Shown here: positions 40,503 to 49,774 of the stretch, in pieces
How positions within the stretch are numbered: position 1 is the first letter of the stretch
Layout of the letters: each line of letters begins with the position of its first letter
Origin: Promethearchaeati archaeon
Lineage (GTDB): Archaea > Asgardarchaeota > Heimdallarchaeia > Heimdallarchaeales > Heimdallarchaeaceae
NCBI GenBank assembly: GCA_013166775.1
Contig: JABLTJ010000003.1
Coordinates: forward strand, 1 to 64,000
Length of the DNA stretch: 64,000 nt
Reading direction: 5' to 3'
Position numbers and translations under genes: made by a program
The notes under the pieces: model-generated
Told to the model about the DNA's origin: nothing
The model's input: only the letters and a program-made list of their open reading frames with translations
Database searches by the model: none

Positions 40503-41483
40503 ATGCATATGCCTGATGGAATTTTATCTTTTCCTGAATCAATTATTTACTTAGCAATTTCTGTTGTAATTATATTATTCTCAATATGGATGAGCAGGAA
40601 AAATCTACAAACTAAGCAAATTCCAGTTATTGGCGTTTTAGCTGCAGGTCTTTTTGCAGCACAAATGTTTAATTTTCCTACACCAGCTGGTGCAAGTGGG
40701 CATCTTATTGGGACAGCTCTAGCAACTACCTTAGTAGGACCTTGGGTAGGTATTCTTATTATCTCTTCTATACTGATTGTTCAAGCAATGTTTGGAGATG
40801 GCGGATTATTAGCTTTTGGAGCTAATGCTTTGAATATGGCTATTATAGGCGCTTTCACAACTTGGTTAGTTTTCTATTTTGTACCAGTGAAATGGAAGGA
40901 AAACAATAAAGGATTTTCACTTGTTTCTGCAATTGCAGGTTTTCTTTCAACAATGATGATGTCTTTTGCTGCATCAATTGAACTAACAATAGCTGAAGCA
41001 GGTCCTTCAGGCATAATTTTTGGGTGGATGCTGGGTCTTCATGCATTAATTGGTTTGATTGAAGGATTGATAACTTTCGCTATTGTTATATTTGTTTTTA
41101 AGGCTGATCCTTCACTGCTCAAAGCTGCTGAGGGTTCTCTTTATTTAAGAATGCAGACAGAATCTATACCTGAAAAATTTAAAATTCCTCTTTGGACTCT
41201 CTTTGTTTCTCTAGGTGTTTTTGTTTTTATGAGCATATTTGGTGTAATAGCTAGTACAAATCCAGATGGTTTAGAAAGAACCTTTGAAAGTCTAGGTATT
41301 GAAGGTGGTGTTACAGGTTTTCTAAGCTTTGGAGATGGACTTGCATATGACATACTTCAAATGTTTATTATCATGATTATTTTATTTATTGTGCTGGTTG
41401 TTTTGAGTTATATCGTTTATAGACTGAATATTTACCAAGCATCTAAAAGAAAAGAAACTATAATACCTGCAGATAAAAGATAG
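40503..41483 (+). CDS. nikMN: ECF Ni/Co transporter S component, NikM-NikN (PDGLE) fusion
   Basis: N-terminal MHMPDG metal-binding motif, FAAQMFNFP, GHLIG, QA..GDGG, and C-terminal NPDGLE. Confidence 0.88.
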   Translation: MHMPDGILSFPESIIYLAISVVIILFSIWMSRKNLQTKQIPVIGVLAAGLFAAQMFNFPTPAGASGHLIGTALATTLVGPWVGILIISSILIVQAMFGDGGLLAFGANALNMAIIGAFTTWLVFYFVPVKWKENNKGFSLVSAIAGFLSTMMMSFAASIELTIAEAGPSGIIFGWMLGLHALIGLIEGLITFAIVIFVFKADPSLLKAAEGSLYLRMQTESIPEKFKIPLWTLFVSLGVFVFMSIFGVIASTNPDGLERTFESLGIEGGVTGFLSFGDGLAYDILQMFIIMIILFIVLVVLSYIVYRLNIYQASKRKETIIPADKR

Positions 41484-41533
41484 TCAGACAAATAAATATT
41501 AATAGAATCTTCTCTTATTTTCTTGCGTTAATA

Positions 41534-42247
41534 ATGAGCTTTCTACTTCCTTTTAAAGAGCGATATGAGAAAAAATCTCTCTCTCCTATAGCGATGACTA
41601 TTACAGTTTTTCTTTCTGTTATTCTTATGATTGTCAGTGAAGATTTTCTATCAATAGTTTTCATCTATGTGCTCACATCCCTTTTTTTTCTGCTACTTGG
41701 AGCATCTTTTTTAAGAACAATAAAATTAGTTTCAGCAGCAGCATTACTTATTTTTTTCCTCGGACTCCCAAGTTTATTCTTGGAAAATGGACTGGAAAGA
41801 GCAGGTTTCATTTGGATGCGAGGTATTTTATCTGCTTCATTAATTACTCTATATTCTTCAACAATTACTATGCAGGAATTTGCACAAAGCTTGAGAAGTT
41901 TGTTCTTCCCAAATCTTATTGTTACAATTATTGTTTTGATTCTTCGTTATACACCATTACTATACCAACAAGGAGCAGAAATCAGAACAGCACAAGAATT
42001 AAGAGGTATCTCACAATCTAATAGGAAACGAAGATTCAATGCAGTAGTATCCTTATTAGGAGGAACTTTAATTCGTTCTGTATATAGGGGTGGAGAAATT
42101 TATGAGGCGATGCTTGTTAGAGGATTGGAAAGTATAAAAATCGTCAGAAGAGGTTCAATAAAACCCTTGGATCCTTTCATTATGGTCATCTTTACTGTTG
42201 TTTTAAGTTTATTATCAGGAGGAATTTTATCATGCATCATGAAATAG
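41534..42247 (+). CDS. nikQ: ECF transporter T component (CbiQ/NikQ)
   Basis: TM helices, LRY, AQELRG and AMLVRG motifs. Confidence 0.85.
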   Translation: MSFLLPFKERYEKKSLSPIAMTITVFLSVILMIVSEDFLSIVFIYVLTSLFFLLLGASFLRTIKLVSAAALLIFFLGLPSLFLENGLERAGFIWMRGILSASLITLYSSTITMQEFAQSLRSLFFPNLIVTIIVLILRYTPLLYQQGAEIRTAQELRGISQSNRKRRFNAVVSLLGGTLIRSVYRGGEIYEAMLVRGLESIKIVRRGSIKPLDPFIMVIFTVVLSLLSGGILSCIMK

Positions 42248-42951
42248 AATTTAAAGAAGTTGTTTTTGAATATCCAGAGAAGAAATTTGGTTTATACAAT
42301 ATCACATTCAATATAGGCATTGGAACAAAATTTGCAGTTTGTGGAAGAAATGGAGCTGGAAAAACAACTTTACTTAGAATTTTGATGGGTTTAGAGGAAC
42401 ATCAAGCTGGTAACATTAAAGTTCAAGAATTAACATTAAACCGTGAAAATATAAAAGAAGTAAGAAAACGAATTGGTTTTGTTTTTCAAAACCCTGATTC
42501 ACAAGTTTTCTCTGCGAGTGTATATGAAGATGTTGCATTTGGACCAAGAAATTTGGGATTAGAAGAAGAAGAAGTGGAAAAGAGAGTTGAAGAAGCTTTG
42601 AAGAGTGTTGATTTATTGGATTGTACTCACGAATCACCGTTTCGATTATCCTTTGGTCAACGTAAAAGAGTCGCTATCGCAGGTGTACTGTCAATGGATC
42701 CATCTATAATAATTCTAGATGAACCATTCTCAAATCTAGATTATCCTACAAGAACTTCCTTAAAAAAACTTCTAGAAAACTCTGTTCTTAAAAGAGGAAA
42801 AACAATTATATTCACAACACATTATAGAAAGTTAATAAACGAATGGGCAGACAGTGTACTTTTCTTAGATGCGGGTAAAATCCTTTATCACGGAAATGTA
42901 GAAGATTTATCTATAATAGACGAAGCGGATAGATTCTTAGGACCTTTCTAA
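42232..42951 (+). CDS. nikO: ECF transporter ATPase (CbiO/NikO)
   Basis: GRNGAGKTT, FQNPD, LSFGQRKRVAIAG, LDEP. Confidence 0.9.
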   Translation: MHHEIEFKEVVFEYPEKKFGLYNITFNIGIGTKFAVCGRNGAGKTTLLRILMGLEEHQAGNIKVQELTLNRENIKEVRKRIGFVFQNPDSQVFSASVYEDVAFGPRNLGLEEEEVEKRVEEALKSVDLLDCTHESPFRLSFGQRKRVAIAGVLSMDPSIIILDEPFSNLDYPTRTSLKKLLENSVLKRGKTIIFTTHYRKLINEWADSVLFLDAGKILYHGNVEDLSIIDEADRFLGPF

Positions 42952-43364
42952 AGTATTAGTTTAGAATATTTATCTACTACTTCAAGATACATTTCATTAC
43001 ATTTTTCTTCAGATAATTCCATTATCCCTTTTTCCATTCTTGCTGAAATTCTACTTACTAGTTCTTTCAGTTTATCTCGAAATTCAATAATTGGAAGAGT
43101 ATAGTACAAATATTTGTAACCACCTCTTTCTAGACTGGTCTTTTCTTTTTTTACAGCTCCAACATCCATTAATCTTTGAATTGATCTAACAATTGATGCT
43201 CTGTCTTTTCTGATTATTTCAGTGATTCCTTTAACATCTACTGGTTTGTTATGATTAATACATGCAAGTACTTCCAATTCATTTTCAGACAGTCCAAAAA
43301 GAGCTCTAACTATATCAAAGCAAGTTATGTCATCAGAATCAAAAGAAGAAAGAGGGAATGACAT
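42948..43364 (-). CDS. Archaeal winged-HTH transcriptional regulator (TrmB-like / COG3355-type)
   Basis: FGLSENE...KDRASIVRSIQRL..G.V.K...GGYKYLY; last gene of the sulfur-relay operon; contains three Cys. Confidence 0.8.
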   Translation of the reverse strand: MSFPLSSFDSDDITCFDIVRALFGLSENELEVLACINHNKPVDVKGITEIIRKDRASIVRSIQRLMDVGAVKKEKTSLERGGYKYLYYTLPIIEFRDKLKELVSRISARMEKGIMELSEEKCNEMYLEVVDKYSKLIL

Positions 43365-43375
43365 TTTTTTCACCT

Positions 43376-43750
43376 CTAGAAAGTATATACAACATCAGCT
43401 TCGAGGGATTCAGTTACTAAGAACATTCCTCCGACTATATCGTCAACTTCCTCAATGAAATCTTCACGTTTTAAATTATACATCTCAAGTACTGGACTGC
43501 AGACGTAAATTTTAGCACCTACTTCTTTAGCTTCACGTAAAGTTTCAATGTAGGGATTCTTGCCTTCCATTGGAATTAAGTTTTCAGGAACTCCTTTCTT
43601 AAGTAGTAATCCAGCTGACATAGTATAAATAATTGTTACTTCTGCATCAAGCATAGCTGCTAGTGATGCAAGATGTAAGGGGGGCTCAAGTCTTTCTTTG
43701 AATTCCTTTCCATGAGTTAATACGAAAACTATTTTCTGTTCAGGCATCAT
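43376..43750 (-). CDS. DsrE/DsrF-like sulfur-relay protein
   Basis: FVLTHG, AAMLDAEV, GAKIYVCS conserved Cys, ADVVYTF. Confidence 0.82.
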   Translation of the reverse strand: MMPEQKIVFVLTHGKEFKERLEPPLHLASLAAMLDAEVTIIYTMSAGLLLKKGVPENLIPMEGKNPYIETLREAKEVGAKIYVCSPVLEMYNLKREDFIEEVDDIVGGMFLVTESLEADVVYTF

Positions 43751-43756
43751 TACCAC

Positions 43757-44230
43757 CTAGAAGTATAATGTGATATCTGCTTCTGATGCAAATTCTAAGA
43801 AGGTTGCAGCTCCACCAACTTCACATTCATCAATCAGCTGCTTTCTTTTGATTTTCATTACATCCATTGTCATTTGACAAGCAATGAGCTTTACACCAGA
43901 TTCAATAGAAATGTCCATCAATTCTTGTAATTTTGCAACATTAGCACCTTTCATCCAGCTTTTCATCATTGCTGTTGCCATATCAGTCATACCAGGAATC
44001 ATTCCTACAATTTGTGGTATTGGCATTGGCATAGCTGTTTGACCTACGGGAGTTACTTTGAGTTTGTTTAGTTTTTTCTTCTTCAACATATTTAATCCAA
44101 AGAATGTGAAGAATATACCTACTTCATAATCCATTGCTGCTGCAGTAGTGGCTAAGATTAATGGTGGGTATGCACCAGCAATATCTGCTTTTGAAGCTAT
44201 CATAGCTATTCGTTTTTTCTTTTCCGACAT
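43757..44230 (-). CDS. DsrE2 (DsrE/DsrF/DrsH-like) sulfurtransferase
   Basis: YPPLILATTAAAM, FFTFFGL, GVKLIACQMTMDVM, GAATFL. Confidence 0.88.
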   Translation of the reverse strand: MSEKKKRIAMIASKADIAGAYPPLILATTAAAMDYEVGIFFTFFGLNMLKKKKLNKLKVTPVGQTAMPMPIPQIVGMIPGMTDMATAMMKSWMKGANVAKLQELMDISIESGVKLIACQMTMDVMKIKRKQLIDECEVGGAATFLEFASEADITLYF

Positions 44231-44239
44231 TTTTTTCAC

Positions 44240-44479
44240 CTATTTAATTCTTTTAATGATATAGCGGTATACTCCGCCTTCTTCCGAGTTAGCAATAAGT
44301 TCATTTCCGGTAGATCTGGTCCATGCTTGGAAATCCGCAACTGATCCAGGATCTGTTGAGAAAACTTCAATATGCTCCCCTAATGAAATTTCCATAATTG
44401 CTTTCTTTGTTTTAAGGATTGGAAGAGGACAGCTTAACCCCTTTGCATTAAGAGTTTTAGCAATTTTTGTATCACTCAT
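44240..44479 (-). CDS. tusA: TusA/SirA sulfur carrier
   Basis: GLSCPLP motif, TDPGS..DF.AW. Confidence 0.92.
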   Translation of the reverse strand: MSDTKIAKTLNAKGLSCPLPILKTKKAIMEISLGEHIEVFSTDPGSVADFQAWTRSTGNELIANSEEGGVYRYIIKRIK

Positions 44480-44490
44480 TTTTTTCACCT

Positions 44491-45636
44491 TTATAATCGT
44501 CCTTTAATCAAGAATTTGAAATAAGCAAATTTGAACGCCTTCTTGAATAATCCAAACAAAAGAGTTGAATTTAATCCGTATTTTTTTGGAGGGTAGTTAT
44601 AACTGAAATGCAATAACATAGATTTTTTGAAGGATGTTAATATGAAACAGATTGTTAATCCCTTGTATTTAGCTTTGGGAGGTTTCCCTTTAAGTTCTGA
44701 AATTAAGTTTTTCACTAAAATATTAGAAGAGAAGTGCGAAACAGTTCCAGATTTTGAAACTGGTAAATTTGTTCCATCTCCGATTGCATAGATGTTGTCA
44801 TGTTCGTTGTGTTTCATTGTATATCTATCAGTAGTAATCCATCCTTCTCTATCACCCAATCCAGAGTCTTTTATGACATCTTGACCTTCATGAGGAGGTA
44901 TTATTATAAGACTTTCATATCCTATTTCTTCTCCTTCAAGAGATAGTACTTTGTTGTTTTCATTATCAATTGTTTCGAAATTGAAAAATGGAGTGAACTT
45001 GATGTTTCTTTTAGCAAAAAGTTTCTCTACTTTCTTAGCAGGTTCAGCCATTGTGAAAGCTCTTGATAATGGATAGAGAAATCTGATTGTTGATTTGTGT
45101 CTTATTCCTCTCTTACGTAGGTATTTATCTAATAAAAATGCGAATTCAATTGGAGTAGGTGGGCATTTGTAAGGTACGGTTGTCGGAGTAATAACAATAG
45201 TTCCTCCATCAAACTCCATAAGTTTTTCTTTTAGATGTTCAACTCCATCTTTGGTATAAAATTCGCAAACATTATCAGTTTGACAATATGCATCAAGTTT
45301 CTCTTGTGCCATTCTTGCTCCTGTTGCTAAGATAAGAAAATCGTATAGGATATTTTTCCCATTTTCTATTGTTACTATGTTTTTTTCAGGGTCTATCTTT
45401 GTAGCAATGTTTTTAATCCAGTTTACTTCTTTACTCAGTAATTTAGAAATTGGCTTTAAGAGATTAGAAATTGGTTTATCTTGAAAAACCCAAAATAAGT
45501 ACTCTGGTTCATAGATATTTTCTTCCTTTGGCTCAATCAAAGTGATTTTGACTTTTTTTCTATTTATTTTACGTGCTAAATGATTAGCTGTAGCTAAACC
45601 AGAAAAACCTCCACCTATTATAACTATATTTTTCAT
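44491..45636 (-). CDS. Sulfide:quinone oxidoreductase-like FAD-dependent oxidoreductase
   Basis: IIGGGFSG, YDFLILATG, YKCPPTPIE, YAIGD, SKSG, Y.G...CF; both redox cysteines are present. Confidence 0.8.
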   Translation of the reverse strand: MKNIVIIGGGFSGLATANHLARKINRKKVKITLIEPKEENIYEPEYLFWVFQDKPISNLLKPISKLLSKEVNWIKNIATKIDPEKNIVTIENGKNILYDFLILATGARMAQEKLDAYCQTDNVCEFYTKDGVEHLKEKLMEFDGGTIVITPTTVPYKCPPTPIEFAFLLDKYLRKRGIRHKSTIRFLYPLSRAFTMAEPAKKVEKLFAKRNIKFTPFFNFETIDNENNKVLSLEGEEIGYESLIIIPPHEGQDVIKDSGLGDREGWITTDRYTMKHNEHDNIYAIGDGTNLPVSKSGTVSHFSSNILVKNLISELKGKPPKAKYKGLTICFILTSFKKSMLLHFSYNYPPKKYGLNSTLLFGLFKKAFKFAYFKFLIKGRL

Positions 45637-45646
45637 TTTAGTTCCT

Positions 45647-45886
45647 TCAGTGTAGTTTTTTTACAATATAACGATCGAAACCGTCTTCATTGATTAGTGC
45701 AGTTAATTCATGTTTTGCTTTATCAACCCAAGCGGGAACATCTACTCTTGTTCCCTCATCAGAGCTTAGCAAAGCAATGAATTCTCCAACTTCTGCTTGA
45801 CGTATTGCTTTAATCAGTTCCATCATTGGTCCTGGGCAAAACGCCCCTCTTGCATCTACTTCTATAGCTATTTCATAATCAGTCAT
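45647..45886 (-). CDS. tusA: TusA/SirA sulfur carrier (second copy)
   Basis: DARGAFCPGP motif, SSDEG...DVPAW. Confidence 0.9.
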   Translation of the reverse strand: MTDYEIAIEVDARGAFCPGPMMELIKAIRQAEVGEFIALLSSDEGTRVDVPAWVDKAKHELTALINEDGFDRYIVKKLH

Positions 45887-45903
45887 TTATTCACCTTATT
45901 GTT

Positions 45904-45946
45904 CGGTTGTGACGAGTTTAACATAATTGCTCACAACCGTATAAAA
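45904..45946 (-). promoter_or_regulatory. TATA box plus inverted-repeat operator of the tusA-sqr-dsrE operon
   Basis: CGGTTGTGA (45904-45912) - N18 - TCACAACCG (45931-45939) abuts a minus-strand TTTTATA (45940-45946). Confidence 0.6.
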
Positions 45947-46172
45947 GTATTTGGTTTTTCTTATTTTCTCCATTTTAAAAAAACAACGTTATTAATAATA
46001 TATTTAATGAAGTACTTTGCTTTTATTGGTTCAAAATTTTAATTACAATATAAAATAATTATTTCATAAGAAGTGAATATACTAAATAGGAACAAGATGA
46101 AACAAGTGAAATTAACGAATTTTGTAATAATGTTTCAATAGTTCTTTTATTAGTTCTCATATAAATTAAGAT

Positions 46173-46628
46173 CTATTTGACTATTTTCAGAATTAGTGCT
46201 GTTATTGGAAATGCTAGAAGAAGGACCCCTCCAATAATAGTTGGGATTCCAGCTTTAACAAGACCATATTCAGTAATCAGCAATATACCTATTGTGATAG
46301 CTACAACACTTGTAAAAGTAAGAAACACTACAAGTCTTTTATTTAATAAAGTTTCTTTCAAATTTTCCTTGCTAAAAGCTCTATATTCTGGATGTTCCTT
46401 AACAAACTCTCTGTGTTCCTTAATTTTTCTTATCACCCAAATAACTAAAGGAATCAAAAGAAGTATTCCAACACCCGAGAGAATTAAACCTAATAGAAGC
46501 TCTTCCATAACTAAAAACATTATTCCAAGACCTATGGGTAATGCAATTAAGCCAATAAGAAGGAAACCAAAAAAAATCTTAGCGAAAGTAATACCAAAAT
46601 CTCTAGGTACAGGTATGGGAATTACCAT
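46173..46628 (-). CDS. Membrane protein (two TM hairpins)
   Basis: Four hydrophobic segments separated by a charged loop. Confidence 0.6.
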   Translation of the reverse strand: MVIPIPVPRDFGITFAKIFFGFLLIGLIALPIGLGIMFLVMEELLLGLILSGVGILLLIPLVIWVIRKIKEHREFVKEHPEYRAFSKENLKETLLNKRLVVFLTFTSVVAITIGILLITEYGLVKAGIPTIIGGVLLLAFPITALILKIVK

Positions 46629-46803
46629 ATTGAATCCTTCGAGTTTTAGAATTAAATTATTTAAACTTTTTTACATTTCTGAAACCTTTTCTTTAAACAT
46701 TATGTCTTTTTGCATATTTAGCTATATGAAATAGATATTGAAGATTCTTCTAGTCAAGCGTTTTGGTCTGTAAAAATGCAATAGTTTCATTTTCGGGAAT
46801 ATC

Positions 46804-46901
46804 TTTTTATATATGTATAGGCTTCTGCGTATGATACGGTTGTCGAAAAGTTCGTTTCTAAACTGCAATAAAACGAACTCTAAGTAATAACCGGTGAGAA
46901 T
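46804..46901 (+). promoter_or_regulatory. hdr-mvh promoter and leader
   Basis: TTTTTATATA at 46804-46813, ATACGGTTGT at 46834-46843, inverted repeat AGTTCGTTT/AAACGAACT (46849-46879), and GGTGA RBS. Confidence 0.5.
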
Positions 46902-47594
46902 ATGATAGCAGTATGGATTAGTTTAATAGTTACTGCCATCTTGGTAGCTGGCTCAATTTCTTTACGTATTATTTCTAAAGAGGGAGAGGAAGGAAGAATC
47001 ATCAGACCTAATGAGAAATTATCTGATGAATTCATGGAGGATTTAGCGCTAGTACCTGGTGGTGATAAAATAAAAGAATGCATACAATGTGGCATTTGTT
47101 CTGCTAGTTGCCCTGTTTCTTTTGCTATGGATTATACTCCTAGACAAATATGGGAACTTCTGAGATCTGGGCAATTAAAAAAAGCACTAAATAGTCACAC
47201 TGTATGGTTGTGCTCTTCTTGTTACAAATGTGCTGTAAGATGTTCGACTGGCATCCCCTTTACTGACGTAATGTATGGATTAAAGCGCTTAGGTAAAGAG
47301 AAGAAATTGAATCAAAAGGGTATAAGTGGACCAATCTGGGCAAGTACTTTTCTTAACAATGTTCGTCGTTATGATCGAATCACTGATTTATTTGTAATGA
47401 TTATGTTTATGGTTAAGAAACAACCCTTCAGAATACTTTCAATCATTCCAGAATCTTGGGGAATGTTCACTAAAGGACGAGTTCCGTTTAAGAATCTCAT
47501 GATGCTTGTTCCTAAAACAATCAAATCTTTTTTCACTAAGAGCGATGTCAAGAAGATGATGAAATGGATAGATAAAAACGTGGAGATTAGTTAA
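46902..47594 (+). CDS. hdrC: Heterodisulfide reductase subunit C with N-terminal TM helix
   Basis: CIQCGICSASCP, MDYTPRQ, WLCSSCYKCAVRC; hydrophobic residues ~2-24. Confidence 0.9.
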   Translation: MIAVWISLIVTAILVAGSISLRIISKEGEEGRIIRPNEKLSDEFMEDLALVPGGDKIKECIQCGICSASCPVSFAMDYTPRQIWELLRSGQLKKALNSHTVWLCSSCYKCAVRCSTGIPFTDVMYGLKRLGKEKKLNQKGISGPIWASTFLNNVRRYDRITDLFVMIMFMVKKQPFRILSIIPESWGMFTKGRVPFKNLMMLVPKTIKSFFTKSDVKKMMKWIDKNVEIS

Positions 47595-48491
47595 ATGACT
47601 GAAGTAGAAAAAAAGGGAGGATATACTTACTTTCCCGGATGTGCTCTAGAAGGAATTCAAGAACCTTACAAAAAATCTACAGAAGCAGTTGCTAAAGAAT
47701 TAGGGATTGTCTTAAACGAGCTTAAATCATGGAACTGTTGTGGAACTCCCTCCATCATTGGTGTAGATGAGATTAAGGCTCTAGCTTTGTCTGCTAGAAA
47801 TCTTGCCTTAGCAGCAAAAGAAGGAGATCAAATTGTAAGTCCCTGTAACACTTGTTTTGGTACTCTGAAAAAAGTGAATAGATACATGGAATATAATAAA
47901 GAAATTTACTCTGCAATAAACGGTTCCCTGAATGCTGCGGGATTATCTTATGAACCTAACACTGTAGAAGTAAGACATTTTGTAGATATCTTAGTAAATG
48001 ATTATGGAATAGAAGAGATTAGGAAAAGAGTCAAAAGACCTCTTACAGGTTTCCGTGTAGTTCCATTTTATGGATGTCATTTTTCTAGACCTTTTGGTGA
48101 ACATGATGATGTAGAAAATCCAAGAAAAATGGATGATTTAATCAAAATTTCTGGAGCAGAATGGGTAGATTATCCAATGAAATTTACCTGTTGCGGAGCT
48201 ACTCTTCCAGTAACTGATCCAAAGATTGGTTATCGACTTATACATGAGATTCTCAGATCAGCGAAGGAAGTAAAAGCTGATTTCATAATTACATCGTGTC
48301 CTCTCTGTCAAACTAACTTAGAAATGTTTCAGAGAGTAGCAGGAAATATGTATGGTGGCAAGCACCACATTCCTGTTTTATATGTTACTCAATTAGTTGG
48401 ATATGCACTTGGGCTTTCAGTAAAGGAACTGATGATAGATAAAACTCTGGTCAAGCCAAAAAGACTTATTGAAAAAAGTGAGGTGGTCTAA
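47595..48491 (+). CDS. hdrB: Heterodisulfide reductase subunit B
   Basis: Two CCG domains: YFPGC...WNCCG...PCNTC and FYGC...TCCG...CPLCQ.NLE. Confidence 0.93.
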   Translation: MTEVEKKGGYTYFPGCALEGIQEPYKKSTEAVAKELGIVLNELKSWNCCGTPSIIGVDEIKALALSARNLALAAKEGDQIVSPCNTCFGTLKKVNRYMEYNKEIYSAINGSLNAAGLSYEPNTVEVRHFVDILVNDYGIEEIRKRVKRPLTGFRVVPFYGCHFSRPFGEHDDVENPRKMDDLIKISGAEWVDYPMKFTCCGATLPVTDPKIGYRLIHEILRSAKEVKADFIITSCPLCQTNLEMFQRVAGNMYGGKHHIPVLYVTQLVGYALGLSVKELMIDKTLVKPKRLIEKSEVV

Positions 48492-49774
48492 TGACATCTG
48501 AAGCAGATCCAAGAATTGGAGTATTTGTGTGTAAATGTGGAAAAAACATTGCAGCAAAAGTCGCAGTTAATGAAGTAGCAGAATATGCAAAAACATTAGA
48601 TAATGTAGAGTTTAGTCAAGTAAATACTTTTACCTGTTCAGCAGTAGGACAAAATGCTATCAAGGATGCCGTAAAGGAACACAATCTAGATAGAGTAGTT
48701 GTAGCGAGTTGCTCACCTACTATGCACGAAAGCACTTTTCAAGCTGCTACTGAAGAAGCTGGAATAAATAGATATCAATTCCAAATGGCAAACATAAGAG
48801 AATTCTCTTCATGGGTTACCAAAGATCCAGCTGAAGCTACAAGCAAAGCTAAGAGAATAGTAACAGGTGCCGTAAGAAGAGTCGCATTTCATGAACCACT
48901 TGAAGAAGTAATCGTTCCAGTTAATCCAAATACGTTAGTCATTGGTGGTGGAATCGCAGGAATTTCTGCTGCATTAAAAATTGCAGATGCTGGCCATAAA
49001 GTTATCTTAGTAGAAAAAGAACCTTCTATAGGTGGAAGGATGGCTCAACTAGATAAAACTTTTCCAACATTGGATTGTGCAGCATGTATTCTATCACCTC
49101 GAATGGTAGATGTTGGAAAGCATCCAAACATAGAGATGATGGCTTATTCTGAAGTCGTAGCTGTTGATGGTTACATAGGAAATTTCAATGCTAAAATAAA
49201 GAACAAAGCTAAGTCAGTAGATGAAGAAAAGTGTACTAGTTGTGGAGATTGTTGGGAAAACTGTCCCGTTAGATATACTGCTTATACAGAACCAGCAAAA
49301 ATAGTTCCTGCATTGCTTTATGATGAGAAAACCTTCTTAGATAAAATCATAACCAAGTACAAAGATAGACGAGGAGCTATTATGCCAGTTCTTGAGGCAA
49401 TTAATAGTGAATACCGTTATCTTCCTGAAGAGAGCTTGAAATATGTTGCAGTACAAATGGATTATCCTCTCAGTTCTATTTATAGAATTGCTACATTCTA
49501 CAATGCATACAGCTTAGAACCAAGAGGAGATCATCTGATAAGCGTCTGTATGGGAACAACATGTCATGTTAAAGGAGCTCCAAGGCTTGTTGAAAGGCTA
49601 AAGAGCGAGTTGAAAATTGATATTGGTGAGACTACAGATGACGGTAAATTTACTTTAGAAACAGTTCGATGTTTGGGCTGTTGTAGCTTAGCTCCGGTGA
49701 TAACGATAGATGGTGAAGCTTTCGGTAATATGAAACCGAGTAGAATTCCAAGGGTGCTTGATAAATATGAGTGA
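48491..49774 (+). CDS. hdrA: HdrA N-terminal half fused to a NuoE/HydC [2Fe-2S] domain
   Basis: RIGVFVCKCG.NI, ASCSP, ANIRE, IGGGIAG, IGGRMAQLDKTFPTLDCAACIL, CTSCGDCWENCPV; then ATFY..Y..EPRG, VCMGTTCHVKG, CLGCCSLAP. Confidence 0.9.
   Translation: MTSEADPRIGVFVCKCGKNIAAKVAVNEVAEYAKTLDNVEFSQVNTFTCSAVGQNAIKDAVKEHNLDRVVVASCSPTMHESTFQAATEEAGINRYQFQMANIREFSSWVTKDPAEATSKAKRIVTGAVRRVAFHEPLEEVIVPVNPNTLVIGGGIAGISAALKIADAGHKVILVEKEPSIGGRMAQLDKTFPTLDCAACILSPRMVDVGKHPNIEMMAYSEVVAVDGYIGNFNAKIKNKAKSVDEEKCTSCGDCWENCPVRYTAYTEPAKIVPALLYDEKTFLDKIITKYKDRRGAIMPVLEAINSEYRYLPEESLKYVAVQMDYPLSSIYRIATFYNAYSLEPRGDHLISVCMGTTCHVKGAPRLVERLKSELKIDIGETTDDGKFTLETVRCLGCCSLAPVITIDGEAFGNMKPSRIPRVLDKYE

Noticed and set aside
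46177-46734. 185-aa plus-strand ORF
   Set aside because: Antisense shadow of the membrane protein at 46173-46628; its Lys/Ile/Pro-rich composition is typical of a reversed hydrophobic gene.
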